From a virus (Duplodnaviria; Caudoviricetes): DNA of 64,000 bases. The position numbers and the translations under genes were made by a program. Shown piece by piece: positions 46,278 through 56,249 of this stretch (positions are counted from its first letter, which is position 1; each line of letters starts with the position of its first letter). The notes beneath the pieces were generated by a model, which was not told the DNA's origin, did not search any database, and saw only the letters and a program-made list of their open reading frames with translations. The stretch covers positions 1 through 64,000 of the IMG/VR virus record IMGVR_UViG_2974723664_000001; one strand, 5' to 3'.

Positions 46278-48329
46278 TTAGTCGATCCAGCGCATTTCAG
46301 CAGGTGTCGGGTTGATACCAGGAACCAGGTTCAGAGAATTGAAGTCCTGAAGCGGCTGGGAGCGGGAACCAGTCTGAGCAACAGTACCGGCCTTCTTAGG
46401 GGCGGCCTGGATAGCACGTTGCTGGGCCAATTCTTCATTGGAGTTCGCCAGTTCCATCGTGAGGGCAGCTTGCCGCTGTTGGGCTTGTGCCACACGTTGT
46501 TGCAGGCGGGGGATCGTAGCATGAACCGCAGGGTTGGTGGCAGCCACTTCCATGGCACGGGCCAGTTCAGCAGAAGCCTCATCAGCAGCCTTGCGTGCCG
46601 TGTCGATCTGGTTGGCCAGACCGGTACGGTAGTTGGCACTTGCCACACGTTCCGGGGACATACCCTGAGCGTATTCCTGCTGGATGAGTTGCTTCACCCG
46701 ATCAGCGTTGACGCCACGGCCAGTCTGCGGATCGTTGTCCGTCGGACCCCCACCAATCCAAGACGTGAAAGCATCCCAGTTGCGACCAATGCCAGAAGTA
46801 CGACCGGACCCAGCAGACTGGGCAATGGCCTGTAGTGCAACGGCAGGAGGCACCTCCACCCCCAGACTGCGACCATATTCCTGAGCACGCTCGACTTGTT
46901 GAGCGATCCAGGTATTCGATGCACCCTCGAAAGCACCACCCTTGCCGGTAGCTTCGTTCAGGATTTCAGCAGTGGAACGCTTGTCCAGGATGGCCTTGTC
47001 GAAGTTGTTCGACAGGGAGTTGGTAGCTTCCTGGCTGGCACGGTTCAGTACCGAGCGTTGGGCGATATCAGCATAGGCCGAGTTCTCCCGTGCCGGAGTG
47101 ATCTCCACACCAGCATCAGTTGCACCAACTTCACCACCAGCGATCTCCTTGCGAGCTTCACTCCAGGGAATGTCCTTGTAGTGGCCAGCTTTGCTGTTGT
47201 TCAGTGCAGCCCAGGTCTTGGTGAGATCACCACCCTTGCGGTCGTTGTACAGAGCTTCAGCCAGCTTCTCCTGGTTCTCGGGAGTCAGCGGCTCATTACG
47301 CCAGTTCTCACCCAGCACCTTGGGACCGTACTGTTCCAGAGTGGCCTTCGTGAACTGATAGCGGCCCACAGGGGAACCGCCCAGGTCACGGATCATGCCA
47401 GTCTGCATATCCAGCACATCACCCATGGACATGGAAGTCAGGGGACGATCGGTCGGACGGAACTGGTAGGTAACGTCATAGCTGTTGCCCTGACGAGTAC
47501 CAGCAGTGCCAGGAGCCGAAGGAGCACCAGCACCCGAGGAACCAGGAATACCACCACTGCCACCACCGAAGCCCAGACCCAATTGGGAACCAACCAGACG
47601 CTTGGCTTCCGGGGAGAGACGGTCGTACATACCACCCAGGTTCTCCTGGAACTGACGATCTGAGACAGCACCCTGACGAGCAGCCAGGATGGCATCCTGT
47701 GCTTCTGCCTTGGCAGCATCATTGGCCATGGCCTGGGAAAGCTGGTAGCTGCCCTGGGTATTGCTGATCATCCGTCCTTGGTTCCCCAAGGTGGCACCTT
47801 GCACTCCCTGACCTTGCTTGGTGACATCCACCAACTGATCCGCCCGCAGGCCGGAATTGGCCAGGGCAGCATAGGCAGCCTGCATCTGACGGGGATCGCC
47901 CGACATGGCAGCAGCGTTGAATGCACGAATGGCATTGTCGGCACCAGCAGCACGGGTATCCGTGTCCTGCTGACGGTTGAAGTCGTACTGGCCTTTCTGG
48001 AGGTTCAGGTTCTGGCCAGCCTGACGGATCAGATCGCCCTGGCGGGAACCAAGGGCAGCCAGAGTATCCGGAGACAGGCGGGAAGTATCCACACCACCCA
48101 GGATCGAACCGTCAGAGAGGGCACGATTGTAGGCAGTGGGATCATTGATTTGCAGAGCACGCTGGAGCACTTCATTACCTGCCGCAGCCTGATCAGCAGC
48201 TTGGAAACCGCTGAGGGCTTTGGTCAGGTTATCAGTGCTGTTACCCAGCATGGCTCCGAACGCGCGAATACCGTCAAGCGCCCCCGAGAATTGAGGGGCG
48301 TCAACGTTTCGCCAAGTGATTTGAGCCAT
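46278..48329 (-). CDS. ejection protein with lysozyme-like domain (gp51-like)
   Basis: MAQITWRNV start; VGRYQF...TL, PENQEKLA, WAAL motifs. Confidence 0.8.
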   Translation of the reverse strand: MAQITWRNVDAPQFSGALDGIRAFGAMLGNSTDNLTKALSGFQAADQAAAGNEVLQRALQINDPTAYNRALSDGSILGGVDTSRLSPDTLAALGSRQGDLIRQAGQNLNLQKGQYDFNRQQDTDTRAAGADNAIRAFNAAAMSGDPRQMQAAYAALANSGLRADQLVDVTKQGQGVQGATLGNQGRMISNTQGSYQLSQAMANDAAKAEAQDAILAARQGAVSDRQFQENLGGMYDRLSPEAKRLVGSQLGLGFGGGSGGIPGSSGAGAPSAPGTAGTRQGNSYDVTYQFRPTDRPLTSMSMGDVLDMQTGMIRDLGGSPVGRYQFTKATLEQYGPKVLGENWRNEPLTPENQEKLAEALYNDRKGGDLTKTWAALNNSKAGHYKDIPWSEARKEIAGGEVGATDAGVEITPARENSAYADIAQRSVLNRASQEATNSLSNNFDKAILDKRSTAEILNEATGKGGAFEGASNTWIAQQVERAQEYGRSLGVEVPPAVALQAIAQSAGSGRTSGIGRNWDAFTSWIGGGPTDNDPQTGRGVNADRVKQLIQQEYAQGMSPERVASANYRTGLANQIDTARKAADEASAELARAMEVAATNPAVHATIPRLQQRVAQAQQRQAALTMELANSNEELAQQRAIQAAPKKAGTVAQTGSRSQPLQDFNSLNLVPGINPTPAEMRWID

Positions 48330-48341
48330 GAGGTTCTCCGG

Positions 48342-48875
48342 TTAGCGGGACAGGCGGTTACGGTCGATGTATTCCTGGGCGGATTCTTGACTACGCCCTT
48401 CCTGGACAGCACGACTACGAGACCGATCTTCCAGAGCCGTGTTGTACGACTTGATCTGGTTGTTCAGGTTCGTGTTCGTCACGTCCTTGGTGAAGTTGAA
48501 CGAGTCACGGGCCAGCTTGTTGGCCTGGGATGCTCCGTAGAGGCCACCCAGAGAAGACAGCAAACCCAGCCCCAGTTGAAGGGTAGGAATGTTCATTCCC
48601 AAGCCGCCAAGGATACCACCACCCGAAGCAGCGTCACCGGCACCACTCAGCATGGAGAGCGGGCCACCGCCACCGATACCAGGAGCAGCACCAGCAATGG
48701 TGCCACCAGCACCCGGCATTTGGAGACCCAGGTTGCCACCACCCATGCCACCGAACATGGAGGCTCCCTGGGTCGAGTAGGAAGAGAGGGAACCAAAGTC
48801 CATACCATTGCCCCCGCCCAGTTGATACTGGAACGGGGGGATGGTCAGACCGGACCCGGCAAAAGAAGTAGCCAT
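48342..48875 (-). CDS. small Gly-rich virion protein (gp52-like)
   Basis: SYNTALEDR motif; synteny. Confidence 0.8.
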   Translation of the reverse strand: MATSFAGSGLTIPPFQYQLGGGNGMDFGSLSSYSTQGASMFGGMGGGNLGLQMPGAGGTIAGAAPGIGGGGPLSMLSGAGDAASGGGILGGLGMNIPTLQLGLGLLSSLGGLYGASQANKLARDSFNFTKDVTNTNLNNQIKSYNTALEDRSRSRAVQEGRSQESAQEYIDRNRLSR

Positions 48876-48887
48876 AAGACTCTCCGG

Positions 48888-51539
48888 TTAATAGTCCAGT
48901 TGAAGATTCATTTCCGAGAAGTTCGAGATCATGGAATTGGACATATCCGCGATATCACTCCCCGTCATCAGCGTTCGGGACAAGAAAGAATCCCGGGACT
49001 CAGAGGACAGAGCAAAGGCATCCGTCATGCTGAGGGGATTGATGGTCCCATTGCTGTATCCGAATTCCTGCTCATACTTCCGCTGGAGTTCGGTCATATC
49101 CCTATTGTAAGCCTGCATCATGTCTTCAGTCTTCCGCATCAGGTCCTGGGTCCCTGCGTTGATGTACTGAGAGACAGCATTGCCCATGGTGGAGGTCAGC
49201 TTCAGCAGGTTATCAGCCCGCATCATCTGTCCCATCATAGTGCTCATGGTCTGCCCGTTGGCCATGGCAGTACCCACTTGGATCGCAATTAGGGACGCAA
49301 TGGTTCCAATGATGGCACCCAGCTTCTCCCCGAAGAGCATGGTAGCGCCCTTCTGGATGATGGCTGTCAGGATCATGGCAGCAAGAGCATTAGCAATTGC
49401 CCCCACGATCAAAGCAGCCAGCCCAGTGAAACCGAGGGCAGCACCCACAGCAACGTTGGCACCAAGCAGACCAGCACCTGCACCACCAGAGTAAATGGTG
49501 ATGACGATGATGACCACGATGACGACAACCTGGAAGATGCCGGTCTGATACCACTTCTTCTTCACCTTCTTGTAGCTGTTGAGCACAAGGTAGTTGGAAG
49601 CAGTAGCCATCTGAGTGGACCGAACCAAGGGCATGGAACGGAAGATGTCTTCATGCAGCGGGATGATGAAGCCAGATTCCTCAGCATCACCCAGAGCTTC
49701 ACGACCATCAATGTCCACAGACTTGCCATCGTAGACACGATTCTTATGGTGCGTGCCATAGACGACCATCTGTCGCCATTGGTTCATGGAAACCTGCCAC
49801 TGAAGAATGATCTTCTCGATCTTCTTCTCGCCCTTGTAGACACCGACTCCGCCGTAGTCATCGTAGGACTGGTACAGGATCGGGTATTTCTCCCGGCCAC
49901 CATCCAGGAAACGAAGAGTCCCAGGCTTGGCATCCGTCCAGAGCTTGCCAGTACCAGTGGTGAATTCCAGCATGTTCCAGGAGATTTCCATGTCGTACTC
50001 CATACCAGTGGAGGAACGGATACGGAAAGACTTGGAAGGCATAACAGGATACGAACCACGGGGAGGCTCAGGCTTCCCGTACAGGGGGTTTTCCCAGTCA
50101 CGTTGGGCGTTGTACCAATAGGTCCACTCCTGATCCTGCTTGTACGCCAAATTCCAGGCTGCCTTCCATTGGTTCATGGTTGGATAGTCTGGATGGGGCG
50201 GACTGGATTCCAACATCAACTCATAGAAGCGGAATATGTACTCCCGTGCAGTGTTCTCCGGAGTGTTCAGCGAAGCACCAAAGACACCGTAGATGTACTG
50301 GATATCACCAATGTCCTTGTTCTTCTTCAGTTCAGTGACGACCTTGGAGAGCTTCCCACCAGTAGCCTTCTTGAAGGCACGAGTGGTCTTCTCTTGGAGA
50401 TCACCACCCACCCAGCTTTTCAGCTTGATGGGGATGAACGGGAAGAAGCGTTGGCCGGAGTTCTGAGTCTGGAACATGGCATCCAGAACTGCATTGCCAC
50501 TGCCTTGCTTGTAGATGAATACACGCAGAGGACCGACAGGATTGCTGACAGTCTCTTGGTAATCAGTACGCCAAGTACGGTTGAACTGCTGCACATCCTT
50601 GGTGGTCTTGCGATGAGTAGTCTTGGTGACACCCCCATCATCTTCAACCACAGTCTCTTCACTCACGTCCTGAATCTTCGGACCCAGTTGGTGGTCAAGG
50701 AACATATAGTTCTTTCGGCGAAGAATGCCAGAAGTCCCAGGCTGCACACCCAGGTAGTCCGTCTTGGTCCACACAGCAGAAGTCACAGTGTAGGTATCGG
50801 TGTAGTCACCTTCCCACACGTCACTGTAAGGAGGACGACCGTCACTCCAGGTGATGGAAGTCTCGACCTTGGTATGGATCACAACATCAACGTTGTGTGC
50901 ATCTTCCGATACTCGATCCCATCCAGTGGTGGAGGGGAACGGATCAGTAGGACCAATGGTGTTCACTGCACCCGTGATGTACGGCCCCACCGTATCAGGT
51001 GCAGCAAGGTTGTACATCGCATAGAGGTACAGAGAGGACGGGTTGTAGTCCAGAGGGGCGAATTGGTTCTTGGAGCCATCAGGATAGGTGATCGTGATGA
51101 GTCCATTGTTGAAGTCGGATTCCCAGGTTCCGGAAGACTTGTCAGGCCGGTTGTTGATGACGTACTGGTCAGCCCAATACGTGAAGTCACCATAGCCAAT
51201 TTCCGCAGTCTGGATCGTGGTCTTGAATCCAGGAGCCACAGGAATCTGCTGGGCAATCACATCGTTGTTCAACCGACCGACAGTGGAGAGAGCACCATAT
51301 GCAATCCCCACTGCCTGCTCATAGCCGTTCCTTGCCCAGCGGGCAAAGCTACGCATCCGGATTCCAGGCCCATTGAGGTACGACTTCGGAATGAGTTCAC
51401 CCATGCCGAAGGACGAGTCAGACAGCATCGAACCAATCACGTTGGTCTTCAGGTAGTCTGCTCGGTCCTTGATGTCCCCGGCCAAGTTATAGACCGAGGA
51501 CGCCACGTACACTTTGGTGGAGCCAGAGAAGAATCCCAT
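48888..51539 (-). CDS. structural protein (gp53-like)
   Basis: synteny; C-terminal hydrophobic helices. Confidence 0.8.
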   Translation of the reverse strand: MGFFSGSTKVYVASSVYNLAGDIKDRADYLKTNVIGSMLSDSSFGMGELIPKSYLNGPGIRMRSFARWARNGYEQAVGIAYGALSTVGRLNNDVIAQQIPVAPGFKTTIQTAEIGYGDFTYWADQYVINNRPDKSSGTWESDFNNGLITITYPDGSKNQFAPLDYNPSSLYLYAMYNLAAPDTVGPYITGAVNTIGPTDPFPSTTGWDRVSEDAHNVDVVIHTKVETSITWSDGRPPYSDVWEGDYTDTYTVTSAVWTKTDYLGVQPGTSGILRRKNYMFLDHQLGPKIQDVSEETVVEDDGGVTKTTHRKTTKDVQQFNRTWRTDYQETVSNPVGPLRVFIYKQGSGNAVLDAMFQTQNSGQRFFPFIPIKLKSWVGGDLQEKTTRAFKKATGGKLSKVVTELKKNKDIGDIQYIYGVFGASLNTPENTAREYIFRFYELMLESSPPHPDYPTMNQWKAAWNLAYKQDQEWTYWYNAQRDWENPLYGKPEPPRGSYPVMPSKSFRIRSSTGMEYDMEISWNMLEFTTGTGKLWTDAKPGTLRFLDGGREKYPILYQSYDDYGGVGVYKGEKKIEKIILQWQVSMNQWRQMVVYGTHHKNRVYDGKSVDIDGREALGDAEESGFIIPLHEDIFRSMPLVRSTQMATASNYLVLNSYKKVKKKWYQTGIFQVVVIVVIIVITIYSGGAGAGLLGANVAVGAALGFTGLAALIVGAIANALAAMILTAIIQKGATMLFGEKLGAIIGTIASLIAIQVGTAMANGQTMSTMMGQMMRADNLLKLTSTMGNAVSQYINAGTQDLMRKTEDMMQAYNRDMTELQRKYEQEFGYSNGTINPLSMTDAFALSSESRDSFLSRTLMTGSDIADMSNSMISNFSEMNLQLDY

Positions 51540-51542
51540 GGT

Positions 51543-52442
51543 TTATCCGAGAGCGTTGTTCGACTTCAGCGTACCGAGGATGGCATCCAAGGACGGGTTG
51601 GCGAAGTTGTTGGGAGGCGAGAGACCTTCGTCAATCGTCTTCTGGGTGATCCAGGCATCGGTGAACAGCTTGGCAGCCTTCACTTCCGCATCACGCTTGT
51701 AGGACGTGATCTGCTGATCATACAGTTGCTTCTGCTTACCAGTCAGGCCGGTCACCGGCAGACCATCCGAGCGAACATCCGTGGTCTGGGAACGCTGGCT
51801 TTCCATCTGCTCACGGACCATAGCGATCTGGCCGGTGGTCAGTTTGGTGGTTTCGACAGCATTGGCCGTCTGTTCCTTCAGCAGAATGAACTGCTGCGGC
51901 AGCATGGTGGACAGGTTGTACTGTGCCGTGCAGTAGCCAGCCGATTCCGTGGAGAGCTTGAGCTTGGTGAGTGCGTAGTTGGACTTCGCAGTCAGAGCTT
52001 CAAACTTCATGTTCACGAACTGGGCCTTGGCAATTGCCAGCGCAGCACGTTGGTTCAATACCTGCATCTGAACCAAGGCAGCCTGATAGAAGGCACCGTC
52101 ACGCTGCACCAGGAACTGGGTAGCGTTGTTCATTGCGGCTTCGGTGAGTTCGATGTACGCACGCACGTAATCCGCACCGGTGATGCGGTTGGCCTTGAAT
52201 TCAGCCTTCAGGTGTTCGGACACGGACTTCATCAGGTAGTCGAACGTACCCGTTCCGTCCACCGACTTGGTGGTCAGGTCATCATTGGTCAGCCGGGGAA
52301 TCTCCCCCAAGACGGGGTTGTTGATGCCTCCGGGCAAGTCCCAGTCAGTCCCCGACATGTCGATATCGGGGAGTTCAAAGTTCTCGCCTTGTAGAAGAGC
52401 AGTCAACAGGGAGTTGGCTTCGAGTTCAGCACCACATGCCAT
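51543..52442 (-). CDS. structural protein (gp54-like)
   Basis: GTGTFD...ITGADY; AGGAG RBS. Confidence 0.8.
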   Translation of the reverse strand: MACGAELEANSLLTALLQGENFELPDIDMSGTDWDLPGGINNPVLGEIPRLTNDDLTTKSVDGTGTFDYLMKSVSEHLKAEFKANRITGADYVRAYIELTEAAMNNATQFLVQRDGAFYQAALVQMQVLNQRAALAIAKAQFVNMKFEALTAKSNYALTKLKLSTESAGYCTAQYNLSTMLPQQFILLKEQTANAVETTKLTTGQIAMVREQMESQRSQTTDVRSDGLPVTGLTGKQKQLYDQQITSYKRDAEVKAAKLFTDAWITQKTIDEGLSPPNNFANPSLDAILGTLKSNNALG

Positions 52443-52463
52443 GGTGTGCTCCTGTTCTTGGTT

Positions 52464-52497
52464 CAAAAAGAAACGGCCCACAGTATCTGTGAGCCGT
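52464..52497 (-). terminator. rho-independent terminator
   Basis: minus strand ACGGCTCACAG/CTGTGGGCCGT then TTCTTTTT. Confidence 0.75.
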
Positions 52498-52518
52498 GGT
52501 CAGGGTAGATCGTAACCC

Positions 52519-53232
52519 TTACAGAGCGGAATCGCCACTCGTGCTGCCCGCAGCGATCTGGGCTTGGCCCAGCTTGTGGATTTCTTCAGCCGTCAGCGGC
52601 GGGAGGATTTCCAGGGCGAATTCACGCGCCCAGCGGGATTGGACGGTCGGCGTGCCGGTCTTGCGGTCCTTGCCGGTACGGATGGACAGGAACATCTTGT
52701 CCTTCAGGAACGTGTACAGGCAGTAGGGGATGTGGTAGCCGTTGTCGCTGGCATCGCCGTAGGGAATGAACTTGCGGACGGTGCCGATGTACTCGTTGGC
52801 GACCGTGAAGATTTCACCGGGCAGGTTCTTCTTCTTGTCATCCAGGTTCTGGATGCGGACACGGACCAGCTTCATCTGCTGTTCGACCAGCACTTGGCGG
52901 AGCGACTTGGGCTTGGCCTTGACGACCGGAGCGGGAGCTTCATCGCTCTGAACCAAGGGGTTCACCTTGGCACCGGCTTCTTGGCCGTCCACCGCACCGG
53001 TAGCGGGAACGTCGGTGTTGGTTTCTTGGGCAGCTTGGTGCTCTTCGATCTTCTTCTTCAGAGCTTCCAGGCCGATGTTGTTGGAGAAGTTCAGGCCCAT
53101 CAGACGGGCACGTTGTTTCAGGACGGTCAGTTCGTCCGGCATTTGCAGATCGGTGGCCGTGTCATCGTTGCTCTGGCTGACGGCCTTGGGGTCGTCTTGG
53201 CTCGGAGTCGGGGTCAGGTCATTGATGCTCAT
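52519..53232 (-). CDS. N4 gp55-like protein
   Basis: synteny; LPPLT motif. Confidence 0.78.
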   Translation of the reverse strand: MSINDLTPTPSQDDPKAVSQSNDDTATDLQMPDELTVLKQRARLMGLNFSNNIGLEALKKKIEEHQAAQETNTDVPATGAVDGQEAGAKVNPLVQSDEAPAPVVKAKPKSLRQVLVEQQMKLVRVRIQNLDDKKKNLPGEIFTVANEYIGTVRKFIPYGDASDNGYHIPYCLYTFLKDKMFLSIRTGKDRKTGTPTVQSRWAREFALEILPPLTAEEIHKLGQAQIAAGSTSGDSAL

Positions 53233-53254
53233 GGTAGTTCCAGTAGGGGATAGA

Positions 53255-53281
53255 GAAATGGGAAGGGGTTTCCCCCTTCCC
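53255..53281 (-). terminator. terminator after major capsid gene
   Basis: GGGAAGGGG/CCCCTTCCC hairpin. Confidence 0.7.
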
Positions 53282-53298
53282 TTGGTTCACCCGATGGC

Positions 53299-54522
53299 TT
53301 AGATCGGGGCGACGGTCTTGATCAGACCCAGGCGCTCGGAGCGCTTGATCAGGATACCGTAGTACCACTTGATCGAGCTGAACCCGGTTTCGCCATACGG
53401 ATCGTTGCGATCCGCCGTTTCACGGCCCGGCATCTTGGTCATGACGGTGAATTTGACCGTCTTGCCATCCGTCTGGAAGCCGATGGTGGTGAAGGAGTCT
53501 TCACCGACGACCAGCATCGGGAACACGTCGTAGTGCTCGGCACCGTTCTTCATCGAGCTACGGAAGCCCGGGTTGTCGGTCACGGCAGCACCGGCACCGG
53601 CCCAGTGCAGCATTTCCGGCACTTGGATGATGCGGAACTTGTCGATGGAGCCGACTTCGCCATTCAGCAGCGTACCGGCGTCACCGTAGTGCTGGACTTC
53701 GATGAACGCCTTGTTGCCGAACAGGTCCTTCATGGCCTTCAGCAGCGGAACCAGTTCCGAACCGACGTACATGACACGGGTGGCACCGATGACCTTGGTG
53801 TCGATCATGCGGGAACCCGTGATGATCGTGGTCTGGGTGGGCGTGCGGTTGTCGGTCAGGATCTGATCCAGACGCATCAGGTTCTTGTAGCTGACGATGG
53901 ACGCCGGAACGGTCACACCGCCGACGGTGGTTTCTTCACCGGTGATCGTGTCGTCCGACGTGGCAGCACCGGCGTACAGGACGGTAGCGGCACCAGCCAG
54001 CAGGTCACGTTGCAGGACGGCTTCGGTCAGTTGCACGGCACCGTTCATCAGTTCACGGGACAGGTGGTCCTTGAGGCCGTCGTCCGAATCGAAGTCCATC
54101 GATTCCTGGGTGAACTCGTAGAAGAAGCCGAACTTGTGGATCGAACCTTCCAGAGCCAGACGGGTGAAGCCGACGCGGTTCACGCGGCCGCCGTTTTCCG
54201 TCAGGGTCGGCAGCTTGCCGGTGATGGTGCCGATGTCCTTGGACGAACCGTACAGGTTGCCGTTGGCGATGGTCACACCGTTGGCGTCGATGCCTTGGTC
54301 GTTGATGTTGCGGTCGTCCAGCAGCGGCACGTATTCGTAGACCTTGATGGTCTTGCCGAAGTGCTTGGGCATGTTCGTGACGTTGGCCAGGGGCATGAAA
54401 TACTGGTCCTTGCGCGATTGGATGATCGCCTTCTTGAGCCAGTAGAAGGTGTTCATCTGGTCGGAACCAGCACCGTCGATGCTCGACTTTTGGCCGTCGA
54501 TGGGAGCGTTGTAGTTCAACAT
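53299..54522 (-). CDS. major capsid protein (N4 gp56-like)
   Basis: [15 protein letters not shown]; [16 protein letters not shown]. Confidence 0.93.
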   Translation of the reverse strand: MLNYNAPIDGQKSSIDGAGSDQMNTFYWLKKAIIQSRKDQYFMPLANVTNMPKHFGKTIKVYEYVPLLDDRNINDQGIDANGVTIANGNLYGSSKDIGTITGKLPTLTENGGRVNRVGFTRLALEGSIHKFGFFYEFTQESMDFDSDDGLKDHLSRELMNGAVQLTEAVLQRDLLAGAATVLYAGAATSDDTITGEETTVGGVTVPASIVSYKNLMRLDQILTDNRTPTQTTIITGSRMIDTKVIGATRVMYVGSELVPLLKAMKDLFGNKAFIEVQHYGDAGTLLNGEVGSIDKFRIIQVPEMLHWAGAGAAVTDNPGFRSSMKNGAEHYDVFPMLVVGEDSFTTIGFQTDGKTVKFTVMTKMPGRETADRNDPYGETGFSSIKWYYGILIKRSERLGLIKTVAPI

Positions 54523-54534
54523 GGTCTTGTACCT

Positions 54535-55839
54535 TTATGCGCCTTTCGGCACAGGGAGTTTGAGAAAATCCTCGTCGCTCATTCCGAGCAAGTTAACGAG
54601 AGCTTCGGCCTTACGCGGAGCATTCCGACTCGGAGATGCCGCACTTGCTTGTTCCCCGTTTTTCACCACCGGCTTGGGGGTGAGAACACGGGTTGCAACC
54701 GGAGCAACTTCAGCCTTGGCAACTGCCGGGGCCGTAGCAGCCGGAGCCGCACTGTTCTTCTGAACCAAGTCTGCGAAAGCACCCTGCTGTTGCAGGAAAT
54801 CCCCCACAGCCTTATAGGCTTGGATGAACGGTACGTTGGCATCGATCTTGCCGAGAGTCTTCAGATGTTCGATCTCCGACGTGATGCGGTCATAGATACC
54901 GTTCTCACGTTGTTCATGGATCGTGTTCATCAGACCAGCGGTCTCGAACAATGCCTGCTTGCTGGCGTCATCCCAGGTCTGGTGGATCACTCCGAGAGTG
55001 GCGTTGCCTTCGGGGGTGGACTTCAAGTCTCCCAGTTCAGCATTGAAACGCACTTCGGCATCCGAAACCCGGTGATTGCCTTCCTTGTACTGCACTTCAG
55101 CATTGACATCGATATCCATCGGGTCAATGCCGGAGTCCTTCACCAACTTCTTGATGGCTTCCGGATTCTTCTTCACCAGATCGATGGCGAAGCTGAGTTG
55201 TCCTTCATCCAGCAAGTCGTTGTTCTGAAGCATCTGGATCAGCTTACGGTGCGGAGCAAGCTCCTGCATCTTTCGCGTGAAGTTGGCACCTTGTTGCATC
55301 AGGGCGATGGCTTCTTCCGCATTGCGTACTTGAACCATCTTCCCGTTGGCCTTGAAGGGAGCCATCAGTGCTTCGTAACCTGCCTTGTAGTCGAAGTCGG
55401 CGGGCAGACCATTGGACTTGGGGGAGTCTTCACCCTGCTTGTCCTTACCTTCACCTTCCTGTACTTGGCCGGTGGGCTTGGAGGCATCCTGTTGAACCTG
55501 CTTGCCGTTACTGTCAACTTCAGTTGACGCAACTTTACCACCATTTTCTACTTGTTGAGTAGCGGTGGTATTGGGTTCAACATTCTCCTTGCCCTGTTCA
55601 GCAGCTTCCAGAGCGGCCAAACGTTCTGCTTCAGCAGCCTGAGCGTCTGCTTCAGCTTGTGCAGCAGCCGCTTCAGCATCGGCTTGGGCCTGTGCTTCGG
55701 CAGCGAGTTCTTCTTCGGTCTTGCCCGTGGTGGGTTCCGAGTTGTTCTGAGGGACCACTTCAGGAGCGGTCATATTCAGAATTTCTTCATCCGACATTTG
55801 GGAAATGTCGGAAGCCGGGGTGTTGGCTTCCGTGGTCAT
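54535..55839 (-). CDS. N4 gp57-like protein (scaffold/tape-measure-like)
   Basis: PFKANGK, MQQGANFTRKMQ; synteny. Confidence 0.82.
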   Translation of the reverse strand: MTTEANTPASDISQMSDEEILNMTAPEVVPQNNSEPTTGKTEEELAAEAQAQADAEAAAAQAEADAQAAEAERLAALEAAEQGKENVEPNTTATQQVENGGKVASTEVDSNGKQVQQDASKPTGQVQEGEGKDKQGEDSPKSNGLPADFDYKAGYEALMAPFKANGKMVQVRNAEEAIALMQQGANFTRKMQELAPHRKLIQMLQNNDLLDEGQLSFAIDLVKKNPEAIKKLVKDSGIDPMDIDVNAEVQYKEGNHRVSDAEVRFNAELGDLKSTPEGNATLGVIHQTWDDASKQALFETAGLMNTIHEQRENGIYDRITSEIEHLKTLGKIDANVPFIQAYKAVGDFLQQQGAFADLVQKNSAAPAATAPAVAKAEVAPVATRVLTPKPVVKNGEQASAASPSRNAPRKAEALVNLLGMSDEDFLKLPVPKGA

Positions 55840-55864
55840 GGATTATCTCCAGTGGGGTAGGTGG

Positions 55865-56239
55865 TTATTCGGTTTCAACCGAACCCTCGAAATCCTCGTC
55901 CGACTGGACACGGAGTTGTTCGAGGTTGTCTTCGAGGCCCGGGATGCTATCCATGGCCTGCTTGGCCTGACGCTCCACGACGCTGATCCAGCGACGGAGA
56001 TGGCCAGCCGCTTGGGCAATGCCCAGGGAATCGGCACGGGCTTCAGCCGGAATCGACGGGTCAGCCGACAGTTGCGCATAGCGAGCGCATTCTTCCACGC
56101 AGAAGCGTTGGAGGATGACTTTCTTGAAGAGGGGGCTGTTGACCAGTTTGCGGAGTTCTTCCGCTTCCTGGATTTGCTGCTTGGCCGCAGCGAGTTGACG
56201 CTCGTGACCGTCGATGTGTTGTTCACGGGTGAGTTGCAT
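55865..56239 (-). CDS. N4 gp58-like protein
   Basis: synteny; GAGG RBS. Confidence 0.75.
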   Translation of the reverse strand: MQLTREQHIDGHERQLAAAKQQIQEAEELRKLVNSPLFKKVILQRFCVEECARYAQLSADPSIPAEARADSLGIAQAAGHLRRWISVVERQAKQAMDSIPGLEDNLEQLRVQSDEDFEGSVETE

Positions 56240-56249
56240 GGTCTGCCTC